Below are positions 13,152-26,905 of a stretch of DNA of 64,000 nt, piece by piece (positions within the stretch are counted from its first letter, which is position 1; every line of letters starts with the position of its first letter). The notes under the pieces are model-generated. The model had not been told where the DNA came from. It saw nothing but the letters and a program-made list of their open reading frames with translations, and made no database searches. The stretch is taken from the NCBI GenBank assembly GCA_965153455.1, contig OZ234493.1:16420213-16484212 (forward strand). The letters are read 5' to 3'. This DNA is from Sphagnum compactum. Its lineage: Eukaryota. A program made the position numbers and the translations under genes.

Positions 13152-16096
13152 ATGGGTCACTCGCATCATTATTCTCATGAAGCTGGCTTTCGTGTACGTT
13201 GCTCCTGCAAGCGAGCGACGGCCGTTGTGTGTGGGAGTAACGTCTTGGTGGTGCTGTACATGCTGCATTCCTTGCTACTCCCTCTGTATCTTACCCCTTC
13301 TTCCCATTCCTCCATCGTCCTCATCCGCCGTAACGGTTTGTGTTCTTTTCCCTCCCTTTTTTTTTCTCCATCCTCTTGTCTTTGGGGGCTTACAGTCTCA
13401 AAACCCTAATAGTTTCCCCTTAGTGATATGCAATCCATTTGATTCTCTCTTCCTCCTCCATGGTGACAGAAGATCGGTTTCATGATGATCTTTCCATGGA
13501 GAAGATCGCCGCCCTAGAGGGGAACTTGCACGTTATTTCCAGGAGACCAACCGAAGGATCTGTGAACAAACCCTAAAACTGTGCCCACATACCAAAGATC
13601 TGAAAAACTGACAGGAAGGTTGCACCACACTGGGATTGACAACAGCAAATTGGAGCTTTCTTGAGTGGTTTAGTTGAATTTCAGAGGTCATCCTTTGTGG
13701 TGTCAAAGGCATGACAATCCAAACTATGCTTTGATAATGGCTGTGACTTCTCTCCATCAGTGGAGTTTATGAGTTTGAGTGATGCAAGGGGCAGTTGAAT
13801 AATTCAGGCATGGGAGAGATTGCAATTTCATGGAAGATGGGGGATTGCAGGTACTTTGCAGCCAACAGTAATGAAATACACTCAAGCACAAATGAATCGC
13901 ATGAAGGAGGCGAATAAGGCACGGCAGGCTGCTCAGCCTCTCAAGCTGATCAAATTAGTGAGCATTTGCATCCTTTTTGAAGATTTGGTTTGTTGTGTGT
14001 ATTGCGTAATTGGTTTTTTTGCTCATGTTTTGCATCTCTCCTTTAAACTCAGGAGTGCTAACCAGTTTGCTTGGCTGGATGGGAAAAGGTAAAGGAGCTC
14101 CAACAAGAATCAGGAAGGGTGGCAGAGGACAGTCGCACATTGAATGCAGCTCATCAGAATGCAGCAGCAGCAGAGCTAGCCTCTCGTTTGAAAGCAAAGC
14201 TGTACAACCCAAACAATCAGCAAGGTCTGAGGCACAAATCTAGACGTCCCAAGACACTACCTTTCCAAGTTCGAAAACTCCATATCAATTGGGTTGATCT
14301 GCAATAATATGCCTGATCTCTTATCGTTATTAGATCCTTAAACCTATTGAGTCCTGAAGACTGAGTTTCCAAGTGTTTGCAGGATTAGACAAATGGAGGA
14401 GACAAAGGCTTAAATTGATCAAAAAAAGAGAAGAAGCTGTGCTGGCAACTGCACAAGAGTCAGGTCAAGAAAAAGGTGCAGAAAGATCATTATACATTTT
14501 TGTTTGTGCAACTTCAGGTTAATGCACATAACAAATCAATTTCTTTGTTTCTTTAAATCAAATGCACAGTGTGTCTGTTATTGGCAAGCACACCACCTTT
14601 TGCTGGGTTTTCTTTAAATGTAATGTGGCACTAGTTGAGAAATTTGCTCATCCCCTGAATTGGGTTTGCATCAGCAGAAGAGGTACCATTTGCTGAGGAA
14701 TTGGCAATTGTTGAAGCTTCAAGTCTGTTAGTTGAAGAGGAAGGGACTGGTCTGCTTCCAAGTGGAGCTGAGATAGGTAACCATGATACTGCCCTACAAT
14801 AATTTGTATCAGACCATCTGTCCTCCCATCATTTTATATGCTGCTAACCTCAAAGACAGGGTTTCTGTTTGAGACTGGAAAACCCTGCAGGCTATTAGGG
14901 TAATGTCTAACACTTCACATTTGATTGACACACAAGTGTAGGGTTTTAGATTGTCCACTGCCTACAAGTTTGAGTTTCCAGCAGCCTGGTTGCAGTTCAT
15001 TTGAGATTAAGAGTCATTGGATACAGATTACATCATCAGTCTGGTCAAGTTTTACACCATTTGATATCATTCCATGTGTCCATTGGAACGATTCTGTGCA
15101 TGCATTGGTGAGGGGTTGGAATTTGTGTGGAGTGATGTCATGACAACATAGACCAGCTGCTTTTGAATATGAAGCACAACTCCACAAGAATGTGATCTTG
15201 ACATATAAACCCTGATCTCCTAGATTTCTTCACTGCTTTAAAATCCTCCCTTAAGTAGATTCTCAATGTGGATGAGAAACTTGAGGCATTTAAATCCATG
15301 GTCTACTGCCTTTGTTCATGTGCATGAGTGCAGAAGATGGAATAATACCAGGGAGACCCCTGCCAGAAGAATGTCGTGCGGAGGCTCATACAGACTATGA
15401 TGGGGCAGCAGTGCGCTGGGGTCTGACATATCATGTTGAGAGTGCTGCAGACTGCTGTCAGGCATGTCTGGACCATGCACGTAGTGCTGAAGGAGATGGC
15501 AAAAAGTGCAATGTGTGGGTGTACTGCCCTTCTGAAGACGGCTGTTATTCTCCTGACATCTATGAGCACAAGCACCAAGAGTGTTGGTTGAAACAGGTCA
15601 GTTTTGCTATTCAGGATTGTCATGCATTCAATTGAAAGGTGCTTTGAAACTAAACGTTATCTCTGGTCTTCTCGTTTTTTCCTTTTTGTAAACCCTGCCT
15701 GCGAGTTTAAGCATAGGTACTTCACCCAAGAAGAATAAGCAGCAGCTGTGAGCATACTATCCTGTTGCTTGCTGTTTGTTGTAGCCATGATCATGAGATT
15801 GAGTTTTGCTGCATTTCAACTTTCAATACTCCTCCTTGACCCATCTTCTCAAGCAATTTGCAGAGCTCTAAGTTTCAAGTTCAGTGTGTTAGATTGTACT
15901 GAATATGTCTTGCGCTGCTCTACTTGATGCATCCTTGGGGAACCAAATGCACTTTCCTAAATGCTTGTGTTGTTGATGATGGCAGGCAGATGAGCCGAAG
16001 CTTAACTTCAAGGGGCGATATGATGAGGAATATCGAAATCAACATCCTATCGCCCCTGTCATTGTTCCCTGGGTTTCAGGGGTCATAAGGTTGTAA
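13152..16096 (+). CDS. Type II membrane-anchored protein with C-terminal Apple/PAN-like cysteine-rich domain; exons approx. 13152-13335, 13851-13957, 14089-14224, 14383-~14475, ~14675-14776, ~15334-15596, 15986-16096
   Basis: N-terminal hydrophobic anchor (CSCKRATAVVCGSNVLVVLYMLHSLL) and a coiled middle. C-terminus reads ECRAEAHTDYDGAAVRWGLTYHVESAADCCQAC...CNVWVYCPSEDGCYSPDIYEHKHQECWLKQ|ADEPKLNFKG...VPWVSGVI, a conserved plant family. Junctions are GT-AG; the middle exon limits are less certain. Confidence 0.87.
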
Positions 16097-18175
16097 CAGT
16101 CCATGCTGCTCTCTGCATGGGTAAATCTCTGACAATCAATGATGAGATTTGCTACAACTTAGGGAAGAACTTTAGATATTTATCTTCTGCAATGAAATTT
16201 TCACTGTATATCATTCCACTGTGTTTTTGGTACCAGAATATGCCCTGTTTGTTTTCTTGCAGAAACATCACTAACATCTGAACCTGAGCCAAGACTCTGA
16301 AAACCCTTCACGGGACCCTCAAAACGATTCTCAGACCGCCTGTAGTCTAATCATGTGATTCCATGAAAGAGCCATCTCGAACTGTCAAGAAAACCTCATT
16401 CTAAACACACAAGGTCATAGTATGGTCGAGGAACATAAACTGTGTATGTTATTTTTCCAGCACCAGAATGAAAGGTTCTGCAGAGCACCGTAACTGCTGT
16501 AGAGAGTTCAAGCTCATTCACCTCTCGCTGGAAAATACCTCAAGCCCTCTGTACACCTGAGGATCTTTGGATGCACAAAGCTTCAATTGACCTGCTGCTG
16601 AATTGACTTGCTCTTTCTAAGCATAAAATGGTCTGTTTCTGTTGGTGCCAACCATCATCTGTGCCAGATTCCAGGTGGTCAATTTGGCCATTGTCAACTC
16701 ATTTGCAGCATTTTTACCATTAGATGATGATACTGGAACTTCTTGCTTGTCTTTCTTGCTGTGTGAGTTTTCTTCTTAGTTGCAGTAGATGAATCAAGTT
16801 CTTTCAGAGTTTAGCTATTTGGTTTTGGCTTGTGCACTGGGAGGATGACAGTATTTGTGATTCTTGCTTGCTTGCTTCCAATTGGCTCTTTGATCCTCCA
16901 GCTGCTTCAGTTACCTGCAACAAATCTGTACAAACCATTGTGAATCTGTAATAATAAGCTAGTGAGAAAACTGCACATGTTCAGAACAAAAAAACAGCAA
17001 AAGTACAATGTCCTCCAGGAGCTTCTGCATGCCACCGAGTGATCCGATCCACGTTAAAGATCTTCTCACAGTAAGCGAGACAGTGTCACACAACAAAACG
17101 CAGGATCGTTACATTCTCCAAATTAATTGAGAAGAAGACGGAACGGAAAGGAGGGAGAAAAACCAACTTTGGTTTGCTGGCTTCGTCTCCTATTGCACTT
17201 CTTGTACGGTAGTTGACTGTCGCCAGTACAGCAGCCTGCCCAAATACAACAACAAAACGAGCGCAATCGCTTGTCCCACCGTCACTCGCATTGACATCTG
17301 GAGCGTCCGCGTGGTGGCCATGTTTTCTGTTGCTTGCTTGCGGCTGTTGCTTCGTTCAGTAGTGAACCTATCCCGCTTCTCACAACCGCGTCACGTCCAG
17401 GTGATCCTGGTGCTTTCTCTCCCCTGCCCTGTCGTTCTTATAAGATTTTGAGATTCTTTCTACAACTGTCGGCACTTGGGCACATTTTCATGATTTGCTT
17501 CCTCCTCTACTGTTTGTTCTTTTTGGATGTTTGCAGTTTCCAGATCATGGGATGCATCCTTGTGTTCCTTTCTAGTCTTTTTTTCCTTTTTCTTCTGTCG
17601 CCTGTTGAAAAGCTTTTATGTTGTCGACGGTTTCCAATCTTTTTTTGCAAGACGCAACAAAAATAGGGTTATACTTGGTAACTGTCTTTGGAAAGGGAAT
17701 AAGTTTCATTTGAGCTTTTCTGTTTTCAGCTTCGTGGCATTTGGAACTTGCAGGGACAAAACTCATGTGCAATTTTTTTTGACAGGAGCAGCCATGATCA
17801 ACCAAAAGGGAATGGCACTAAGGAAACATGTGATGCAGAGAAGAAAGTGTAGTGGAAGCTTGGTGAGACATAGGCTAGATTAGAGTGTTTTGATTAGAGG
17901 TTTCTTCAACCTGATAGGACTGTTTATCCGATAATGCTCTTGGATGAACATAATAAGAAACAAAAATGAATTCAAGGCCAAATTGTTAGAATTTGACAGC
18001 AGGTCCATGAGAGAATAGGGATGAGAAAAAATTCACGATTTTAGATTTACGATGAGCTCTCCACCCAATTTTAGGATCACACAAGTTGTTACAAATTTTA
18101 TAATTCACTCAATTCACCCTTGGGCCTATTCGCAAGGGGAGAACATCCCGGATGCAAATGTGACCTTGTTTCTTA

Positions 18176-18519
18176 GGCTCACTTTACACTAGGAGTAAGG
18201 GCCATTGTTCAACCCAAATCCAGCATTCCTATTGGTGCAAAAGTTGAAATCAGCCCCAAGGGCTTTGCACTAGGAGTCAAGGCTGAAATAGAAAAAAAAA
18301 CTTTTCAATCTGCCCCAAGTACTAATAAATGCTGAACTCTATGGCCTTGAATTGGCCCGAGGCCAATAAAAGGATACCATCAAATTTGGGAGGCCAATTT
18401 GCAATGCTTGGGGCTAATGTTCTAGCATTTATTAGTAACTTGAGACCAATTTGCAACCCAAAAGTGCTCAAAGTTGGCCCCAAGTTTTTTCCGCCCTGAC
18501 TCCTAATGTTATGCGGGCC
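18176..18519. mobile_element. PIF/Harbinger (Tourist-like) MITE, 344 bp
   Basis: Imperfect TIRs GGCTCACTTTACACTAGGAGTAAGGGC / GCCCTGACTCCTAATGTTATGCGGGCC, with TTA on both flanks (18173-18175, 18520-18522). Confidence 0.82.
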
Positions 18520-21500
18520 TTATTATTATACAAATGTATGCACAAGGTCATCAATCCATGGCGGTCTTACCTCTATCTAATTGAGGCGAACATCACACGT
18601 AATGAATTATTTAACTAATCTTAACTCAAGTATTTCATAATTTCAAAAAATTAAGTGCATAAAACATAAATATTTAAAGTTTAAAATAACTTGGTAAAGT
18701 AAACTATTAAGATGTTGATATTCAACAAAAATGATGACACCTGAAGTTTCAAGAACAAAACTCAAACAAGAAGAATTGAATGACAAATGAAAAATCAACA
18801 ATTAAAACCAAACAAGTAACTAATTTTTTCAAGGCTCAATGGCATGTGAAGAATGAACAATAAAATGAAACAAGGAATAAAGAATTCCAAGGTAGAATGA
18901 CAAGTGCAAGAATTTTGTAAACAAACTTTAAATTGAATGTGAAACTATAATTGACTTTCAAAAAGTAGAGGGGTGGTGACTAATTTTTTTGTTGTTTTTT
19001 TAATCATATTTGTGTTTATGTGTTCTCAATTTTTGGGTTGTTCACATTTCTTCTTGACCCCAACAATCTGAATTTCAAACTTGAAACTTTCTTTTATTGT
19101 ATGGTGGGGATTTACCATCAATCTTATTGCAACAAGCTCATTGTTGGAAGCCGAATGCATTTGTACTTGTTGCCTTGAGTTTTATTTTTAGTGAACATTT
19201 AACATCGATATTCTATTCAAGTCCTATTGCCAACATCGTTGAATGAATAATTGTTCAAGCTTGCAAGGAGAAGGGGAGTGTGTAAACTAATAGCTCCAAA
19301 GTTGTATGGAACAATAATTTTAAAGCATTTAAGCTTGCAATCCAACTGAATGAATTTTGCCAATGCAAGTTTGCACTTTAGCAAATCTAAACCCAACCAT
19401 AGAACTTGAAGAATACAAAAGAAAATCTGATAATTCTATTCCAAGATTTCCTTAAGGGGGTTTTGCCTAGAAAGGGATTCATTGTGTTAACCCATTTTAT
19501 TACACATGTATAAGTTTCTAGCCAAATACTTAAACATTCACTGACTCCAAGATAAGTAACATTTACCAATTTTCCCATCCCATTTATTTCCAAGTGGAAG
19601 AGTGAGGCTCTTTCCATCAGGTTTCAATTTATTAACGGTTAGTCATTGGGATAATTGATAGTGAAATAGGTTCATATGGCTACCCCAATCATCCCCATTC
19701 CTAGCATTATCAAGGGTGAGACTATGTTGGTAATAGTGAAATTGATGAATGGACAAGTTGAGGGCAAAACATCAAGGTCAACCTTCTCCTTTCCACCATT
19801 TTTTGAATCTTTTCAATTTTGTTATCATCATTTATGAGTAGCATGGATTGCTCATTTTAGTGCTAAAAAAATGTCATCCCTAGAAGATCTGGCAACTTAA
19901 GATGCAAATGAATTTGGATTGACAACACATCGATCAAGAACCTCAAAAACCAATTAGCTACTCAAACCATCGAGGGTAGTAAGGTTAAAAGTTTAGAAAA
20001 TCACTTGAAGATCCAAGGTAATGAAAAAAAGTTGGCAAATTGAATTAAGGAATTGAAATTGTTACTCTAGACTATTGATGAAGCAAGTGGAGCAGCTATT
20101 TGTTCCAATCCTTGAACTAGTTGCAAAATCTAAATGGGAACAAGAGGAGCACAATGAAAGGAAGGCCTTTAGTTGAAGATTTGTTGTGGTTGTTGAACTG
20201 TTTGAGGTGAAATCAAGGCAAGCTCAATTAAATGGTAGATGTTTTTTGTTGATGGTCATTAGTGGTTGTGTTGGAGGTGCAATGAACTTGTTGATTTTTC
20301 ATGGAGTGCTTCAAGGCTTATCATGTTGAATTGTTTGGTGAATGTGTTGGCCTAGAATTGATTGGTTACATTTCAAGTTTTTGATCTATAATGAATCCTT
20401 CAAGTGACAATATGCCATTACATTGATCTAGGCATTGCAAAAATATCTTGATTTAAAGAACAACTTCTCTTTTGAATTTTGTTTCAAGAATGTTTTCCCT
20501 TGTTAACAATTAGTCATTAGTCATTATGAGCCTTTCTTTTGGTTACAACAGGACCTCACGAAGTGCATGAATAATTATCCTTTGAGTGGATAGTATTGCC
20601 TATAATTTCACCTAGAAACATCTATTTGGAAATATTACAAAATTGACTTTCATTTTCCCATGGCACAAAAATTTCAAGTAAAACATGTCAGTATCAAATG
20701 AATGTTATTGAAAAATCTAACACAACCAATCCAATGTAAGAATGATATTTTTCATGATTAGATATTGATCTTTATCAAATTTTTGGAAAATAATACTATA
20801 ATTAGGTTTGGAAAATGCATTCCTCACTTAGTTGATCCTTTTATCTTCAATATAATCAGAAAATTTTAAAGTTTCATGGCTACCATGTGAGGTCCGGAGA
20901 ATGATGGTGTTTTTCTTGGCACAATGCTTGTGATAACACTTATAAACAATAACACAATTCAAAATACATCATTGTAGCTTACATTAAATACACAATCTTT
21001 GGTGAAAATTAATATAGTTTATTGTATTGCCAAGGATTATGAACTTGATATTGAAGCAAGGCATTTTAAAGGTGTGTCATTGATGTTTTTGGGGGAGTTC
21101 AGCAAATTTCTAAGAATTTTGATATTTAAATATAATTGCCCTAAAATCAGCTAAGTTGAGGAAGCAAATTCGCCTTGTTTGTAACAATTGCTCCCCAATC
21201 GCTAGGTGGGAGGTTGCTTTGATTGCAACAATATGGGTGACATTTTTTACATGACAACCCAATGAAAGGTGTATTGATGCGAACCACATTTCCACCAAAT
21301 TTTTACATTATATAAATCACTTTATTAATCATAAAGCAAAACATTTTTTATTTCTATGTGAAGGGTATGGTGTCCAATAGAAATAAATGTATTGCAAACT
21401 TACTTTAGTTAAAGTGCATGATTCAAAAATTGAATATATTACATAAATGGCCATGACTTTTGCTATGAAGCTCCTTGCATGTCTATAAAAAAAAAATTTA

Positions 21501-24288
21501 AAATTTGTCCATGAATATTTAGTCACTTCCATTAACAAAATGTCCTTTTAAGATTAATAAAAGTAAAACATCCATTTGTGGAAAAACCTAATCTGATTAG
21601 CAAAGAACTTTCCAGTATTGTAAGGTTTGTAAAATTTGAAAAGTTCTTTACATAAAATAATGAACATTTATTTTTAGCTCATCCTTGATTTATAATGAAT
21701 TTGTCAATTTGGTTTTAGAACATGATTTTGGGATGACTTATTTGCACAAGATATGGTGGGCAGTAAAAGTCATTGCATAGTATAAATCCTAAAGTGAATT
21801 GGCTAGATCATTTGATTGGTCCCCATGGCACAATCTCTTGTTATCATTGATCGATTAAGTTATCTGAATGGTCCATTTGCTTTGTTATTAGTGGCCTCCC
21901 ACTTTTGAGTCCCACTTTCAAGTTTATGGATGGGGCTTGAAATATGTAAATAAGTAGTAAGGGAGGTGAGAAAAGTTGATGTAGATTTCAATATTCGGTA
22001 TGTGTGGGGATGCTTTAAAAATTCACAGAAAATCATATAGTGTATTACAATACAAACATTATAAAATAAATAGTTACAATGAATGGGCATTAAATTAAAA
22101 CTTCAAATACTCAACATGTGATTGTATAAGTACATGAGTGAAACTTGTACATAAGATTCAACCAAAAAATTACAAGAACCAAAGTCAAAACAAACATGGT
22201 CAAGAAATCTAGGAAGTAGAATTAAGAAACTTTTGACAACCAAAACCATTTAGATAAGTGATTGAAACCATTATACATGAAATTGAACGTGCAAGTGAAA
22301 AACAATTATTTCTATGTGTAACGAAAAATTCAATACAAGAACAAAAGGTGAAAAACAATAAAGTTTTGAGTTTTTATGTATGAGTGAAAGTTTAACAACA
22401 ATAAAAATCAATAAAAAAATTAATTACTATGTGTGCGTAAAATTTTAATACATGCCACTAAATATTGAAAAAAATAAAAATCAATTGTTCATAATGTATG
22501 TATTTAATTTCTTGTAGTTCAAAGACTTCTTAATTCAATTACCTTCAATAGCCGTATATTGTCCTTAAGGACCATGTAAAAAGTAAAATATTTAAGTTTG
22601 TTTTATCATGATCAAAGTCGATTTTGCATCAACTTCAACCAAAAGGTTGATACAACACTAATGTTTCAACAAACATGAAAGCAACTTATCATGTATATTG
22701 GAACAACCTCCTGAAGAGTGAGTGTTCATAAATGGGCGTCTTTCATGATTGACCAATGAAGAATGAAAAGGTAAGGGTGATGGATAAATTTCATCTGATG
22801 TCCCTGAACTATCATATGAAATATCACATTTCTGTAATCAATCTTCAAAGTTGTCAAAAAACACACATAGGAAAGCCATGTTTGGAATTCTTTGGAACCT
22901 TTGTGAAAACCCATGGGAAATCTTATTATACAAAAGACTATTAGCAAATGATTCCATACCAGTTTTGTCGTACAAAGTTTTATCCTTGTTTCAAGAGTTT
23001 TATATTTATCACACTTTCCACATACACATTCTACTACATATTCCAAAAGCTTGCTCTTGCTTTTGTTCAACTTGCAAAAAAATTATTTTCCCCCATGGCT
23101 TCCCAAAAGGAGAACTATGTAAACTCAGGCTTGTGCCAAGGTTGCAAACCATGCATATATAAGGAGCACTCTTGTGCCATTTCATAGAACTCCCATCCCC
23201 TAAATTTTCACCTATAATATCCAGTTTTCATGGATTTGTAAATTGAGATGAACGAGAAATTTAGGTAATGAGAAATTTAGTTACCTATGCACACTCTTGA
23301 AGGCAAAATGGTCCATATGACCATCAATCGGATGCAGGCATCAAAGTTTGCCGAGATTGTCTTGACTGGTCCATATAACCATGAAACTAATAAGGGGATC
23401 AAAGTTTACCAAGATTGTCTCAACTGGGTGTTCTTCATGGCCAATTTTGTGGTTGGATCAAATTCATCTATCAAAGAAATGTAGCCTATGGGATAATTGC
23501 CAGTACCAAGACTCTTATTCCTTGTGAGCTTTTGTAGAGAAGTCACTAACAATGTAGGCTACATTAATTGCCAGAAAATAAAAACAAGTTGCAAAGAGTT
23601 GTCCAACAAGCATAGGTACATTTTTCTCACTAATTTCTGTCCCTCGGGTAAGGGTAAACCTCAAACACATGTTATCTGGGCAGGGTATTAAGGTAGTCCT
23701 AAATATTTACCAACTAGCTAGGGTAGTTAAAAGGGTAGCAGAAAGTCAAGTACAGTATATATTTAGCACATGTCAAATAAAGGAAAAATATGTACCTGCT
23801 CAACACTAGCATAAAGTTTAAGAGAAACCCTTGAATGTGAAGTTTTCCCTGAAAGAATTGTAGATCTTCAATAATAAATTGTACATTTCGACCAGCAGAG
23901 TTGGGCCATTTTGGCTACTAGGTATATCCTCTACTAGAATTACACTGTGTTAATGCCTTCATAAAAGCATGGTGATGGCACTAAAAAAAGTTGGCATTGA
24001 CAGATGGGTGGACACTCTAGAGTTAATAGGAGAGGGAGCAAGAGTTGAAATTGCCACTGACCTGAATATGCAATGCAAAATGCGGAAATCCCTCCTTCCT
24101 TGTACAATAGATGGAGCAGCTGCTGTCATGGGTTTACAATTCACGGGCATTATGCTTGATGTCTGGACCATTCTTTTGAATGCTAAATGAGACTTCAGGG
24201 CTAGTAAAAAAATTCCAACAAATTTGGCAAATAATAAATGGCAAGGGTTGGTGGTAATTCAAAAGCATCAGGGCTTGACACCATTATC

Positions 24289-26631
24289 CTACATCTTGGA
24301 TATCCGCCGCTCAAACCTCACGTAAACTTCCTGCAGGAAAATCCAAGGTAAAAACAACTGCGTGAGTACCCCACCAGCCAAGCCCTGGTTTTTCATGCAT
24401 GGCCTGTTGCAAAATACAGTTTTAGACCAAACTCTTGTTCTAAAGAGGAAAGGAGAACTTTTGATGGTGAAAAAGAGGTGGGAGAACTTGATCACAATTC
24501 CAGTCAAAACACTTGCATAAAGCCTTTTACAGTTTTGTTGAATACTAACCTTGATCTCACCAGAGCTCTCCAACTGACAACCAGACACAATAGATTGATC
24601 AAGGTTTACAAGCCACCCAGTTTCAATAACAGTTCCACCATTTTGAGCCATGTTCACATAAGTCCACAAATCCTTGGGAAGGAAAATGGTGTCATCAAGG
24701 AGTTCTCTTTCCCATTCTTTGGAAGAAACAGGAGTGAGCTCAGTAATCTGGCAAGATTTTGCTTCCTGCAAAAAAGAAAACAATTATATCCACCTTCACC
24801 TTTAAACATATAGCAAGTGCAATGTTTAACACCAACAGAATGTTCTGCTGCATCACTTGAATTCAACTAGAATGAAGCTGCATGACTCCTGATGGCACAG
24901 TACCAGCAGAACAAGTAAGTGTTTCTCGCAATTCATAAATACAAACTCATGTATTTTACAAGGTAATTATTCTTGACATCCTCACTTACAGCAGGAGATA
25001 TGGATTTGCATTGCAAACTGATTCACATGATCCACATGACTTTTGCAAAGCAATACACAGGAGCTCTGGTTTGCTGGCACTGCAAACTGATACACATGAT
25101 CCACATGTGTTTTGCAAATCAATATGTGATGGCATCATTTGCATCCTCACTTGCAGCAGGAGTTACAGTTTGCTTGTGTTGCAAACTGATTTACATCATC
25201 CACATGCATTTTGCAAAGCAATACATGATGGCATCCTTTGCATTCTCCTTTGCAGCAGGAGCTGCAGTTTACTTGCATTGCAAACTGAGTCACAGATGCT
25301 CATTCATTTTGCAAAGCAATTCATGATGGCATCCTTTGAATTATCACTTACAGCAGCAGGAGCTACAGTTTGCTTGTGTTGCAAACTCAGTCACATGATC
25401 CAGATGCATTTTGCAAGTGATGGCATCTTTTGCATCCTCACTAACGGCAGCAGGAGCAACAGTTTGCTTGTGTTTCAAACTGATAAATCACATAATCCAT
25501 GCATGTAGATTGTAAGGCAATAAGGCAAGAGAGACATCCTCACTTACAGCAGCAGGAGCTTCAGTAACAGTTTGTGTTGCAAACTGATCCACATGCCAAT
25601 TGCCAGCAAGAGAAGATGCTTCAAGTCTGGCTTGCGTAGCAAAGGCAGAGGTACTGGAAGCACAACCACCAAGAGACTCCCCATTGCGGAAAGGACCTTC
25701 CCAACTCTCACGGTATACTATAATAGAGTTCCGTCTCGGCAGCAACTGGTGCAGCACCCGCACTCGTGTGCGGCCGTTGTTGTCTTGCACCACCAGACAC
25801 TGCTCTACTGCCAAACCTTCCCCTTCTCGCACCACAAGCTTTCCAGGGCCAGGACCAGGATTCTCAAGGATTGTTGGCTGACCACGCCACACGGCAGTAT
25901 ATGAACCATTCTTATGATATGCAAGTGCTGATGCAGCAGCAGCAGCTCCACCTTCTTGTGTGCTGCACTCTTCCACACTGAAAGTGGTTGCAGCATCAGC
26001 TTCGCAGCCGACAGTGGGAAGCAAACGGATCACCTTATACCAAAGCTTGCCTTTCTGTGCTGGCTGCGGAAGAGTTGGACACTGCGTTTGCCAATCATGG
26101 ATCTCCACTCCCCACTCTCGGAAAGTCTCTGGAACAACCGCACTTGGCAACTCCAGAGGCTCACCCCGAGTCGTAAACTCTGCTCCATAGCCATCCCATT
26201 CACCTCCCACCTGTGCACAGAACGCTTGCCAGCTTTCTTCTTCACCACCTGGAGGAGTCGTCGTCCTCTTCCCCTTTAGCACAATCCTGAAATTGTGTGC
26301 AATTGTAGGAGAAGCTTATCCAACAACGAGAGAAGGAACACTCTACTGTTGTAAGCTTACCTCCTTCACGACCTTCACCGTCAGTAGCAGCGGTCTCGGC
26401 GGTGAGGGGGTTCACGGCTTTTGTTGTGGTACATAACGGCGTGCTGCTCCTGCTGCTGTTGCTGCTGTGGATGTTCAACCTCCTCTCCTTCGCTGCACCA
26501 GGCGCTGGAAGAAGGCGTTGTTGCTTGTAGGAAGCAGACAGGTGCCAAGCAATTGGCTTAAGAAATGGAGATGAGGAGATGATGCAGTTGTAACTGGGCG
26601 AAGAAGCAATTCTGAACGAGAAGGACACCAT
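24289..26631 (-). CDS. Conserved uncharacterised, probably plastid-targeted protein; exons 26631-26361, 26248-25548, 24765-24550, 24330-24289
   Basis: Ser-rich transit-peptide-like N-terminus (MVSFSFRIASSPSYNC...). Conserved-looking core WQAFCAQVGGEWDGYGAEF...VVPETFREWGVEIHDWQTQCPTL...RLLPTVGCEADAAT...YRESWEGPFRNGESLGGCA. All junctions are GT-AG and phase-compatible. Confidence 0.85.
24977..25600. repeat. Intronic tandem repeat, about 6 imperfect ~100-bp units derived from the exon-2/intron-2 junction
   Basis: Unit catcctcactt[a/g]cagcagcaggagct.cagtttgcttgtgttgcaaactga...cacatgcattttgcaaagcaat..atgatggcatc recurs. The same sequence forms the true exon end at 25536-25596. Confidence 0.85.
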
Positions 26632-26905
26632 CTCTTCTCCCTCTCTTTTCTGGCGTCGGTGCGTTCGCCGTGTCTCGTGCAACTCGCAAGAGGAAGCGTT
26701 TCCGTCGCGTTGCACTCCGTATTTCCCTCGTTTTTCCTTCACGGAAATCGTGAACGTACACACAACAGCAGAAGACGCAAATCTCGTCAGGAAACAAGCC
26801 CTAAAAGCTGACAAACGCCAAGAAGATCAGAAAACCTCTTCGACGCGTCGTCTTCGTCTTCCTTCGAATTGTCTGGAGATTGCGGCGCAAGCCGTTGCAG
26901 GAATC
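26632..26905. promoter_or_regulatory. Putative compact bidirectional promoter / shared 5' region
   Basis: Only 274 bp separate two divergent start codons (26631 minus, 26906 plus). The interval is CpG-rich relative to the window. Confidence 0.55.

Noticed and set aside
19200-23200. Several short ORFs suggesting a transposase
   Set aside because: Probably decayed TE sequence, but no diagnostic motif, TIR or TSD could be established by eye.
24973-25508. Plus-strand Cys/His-rich ORFs (117 and 165 aa)
   Set aside because: By-products of the intronic tandem repeat, antisense to a well-supported gene.
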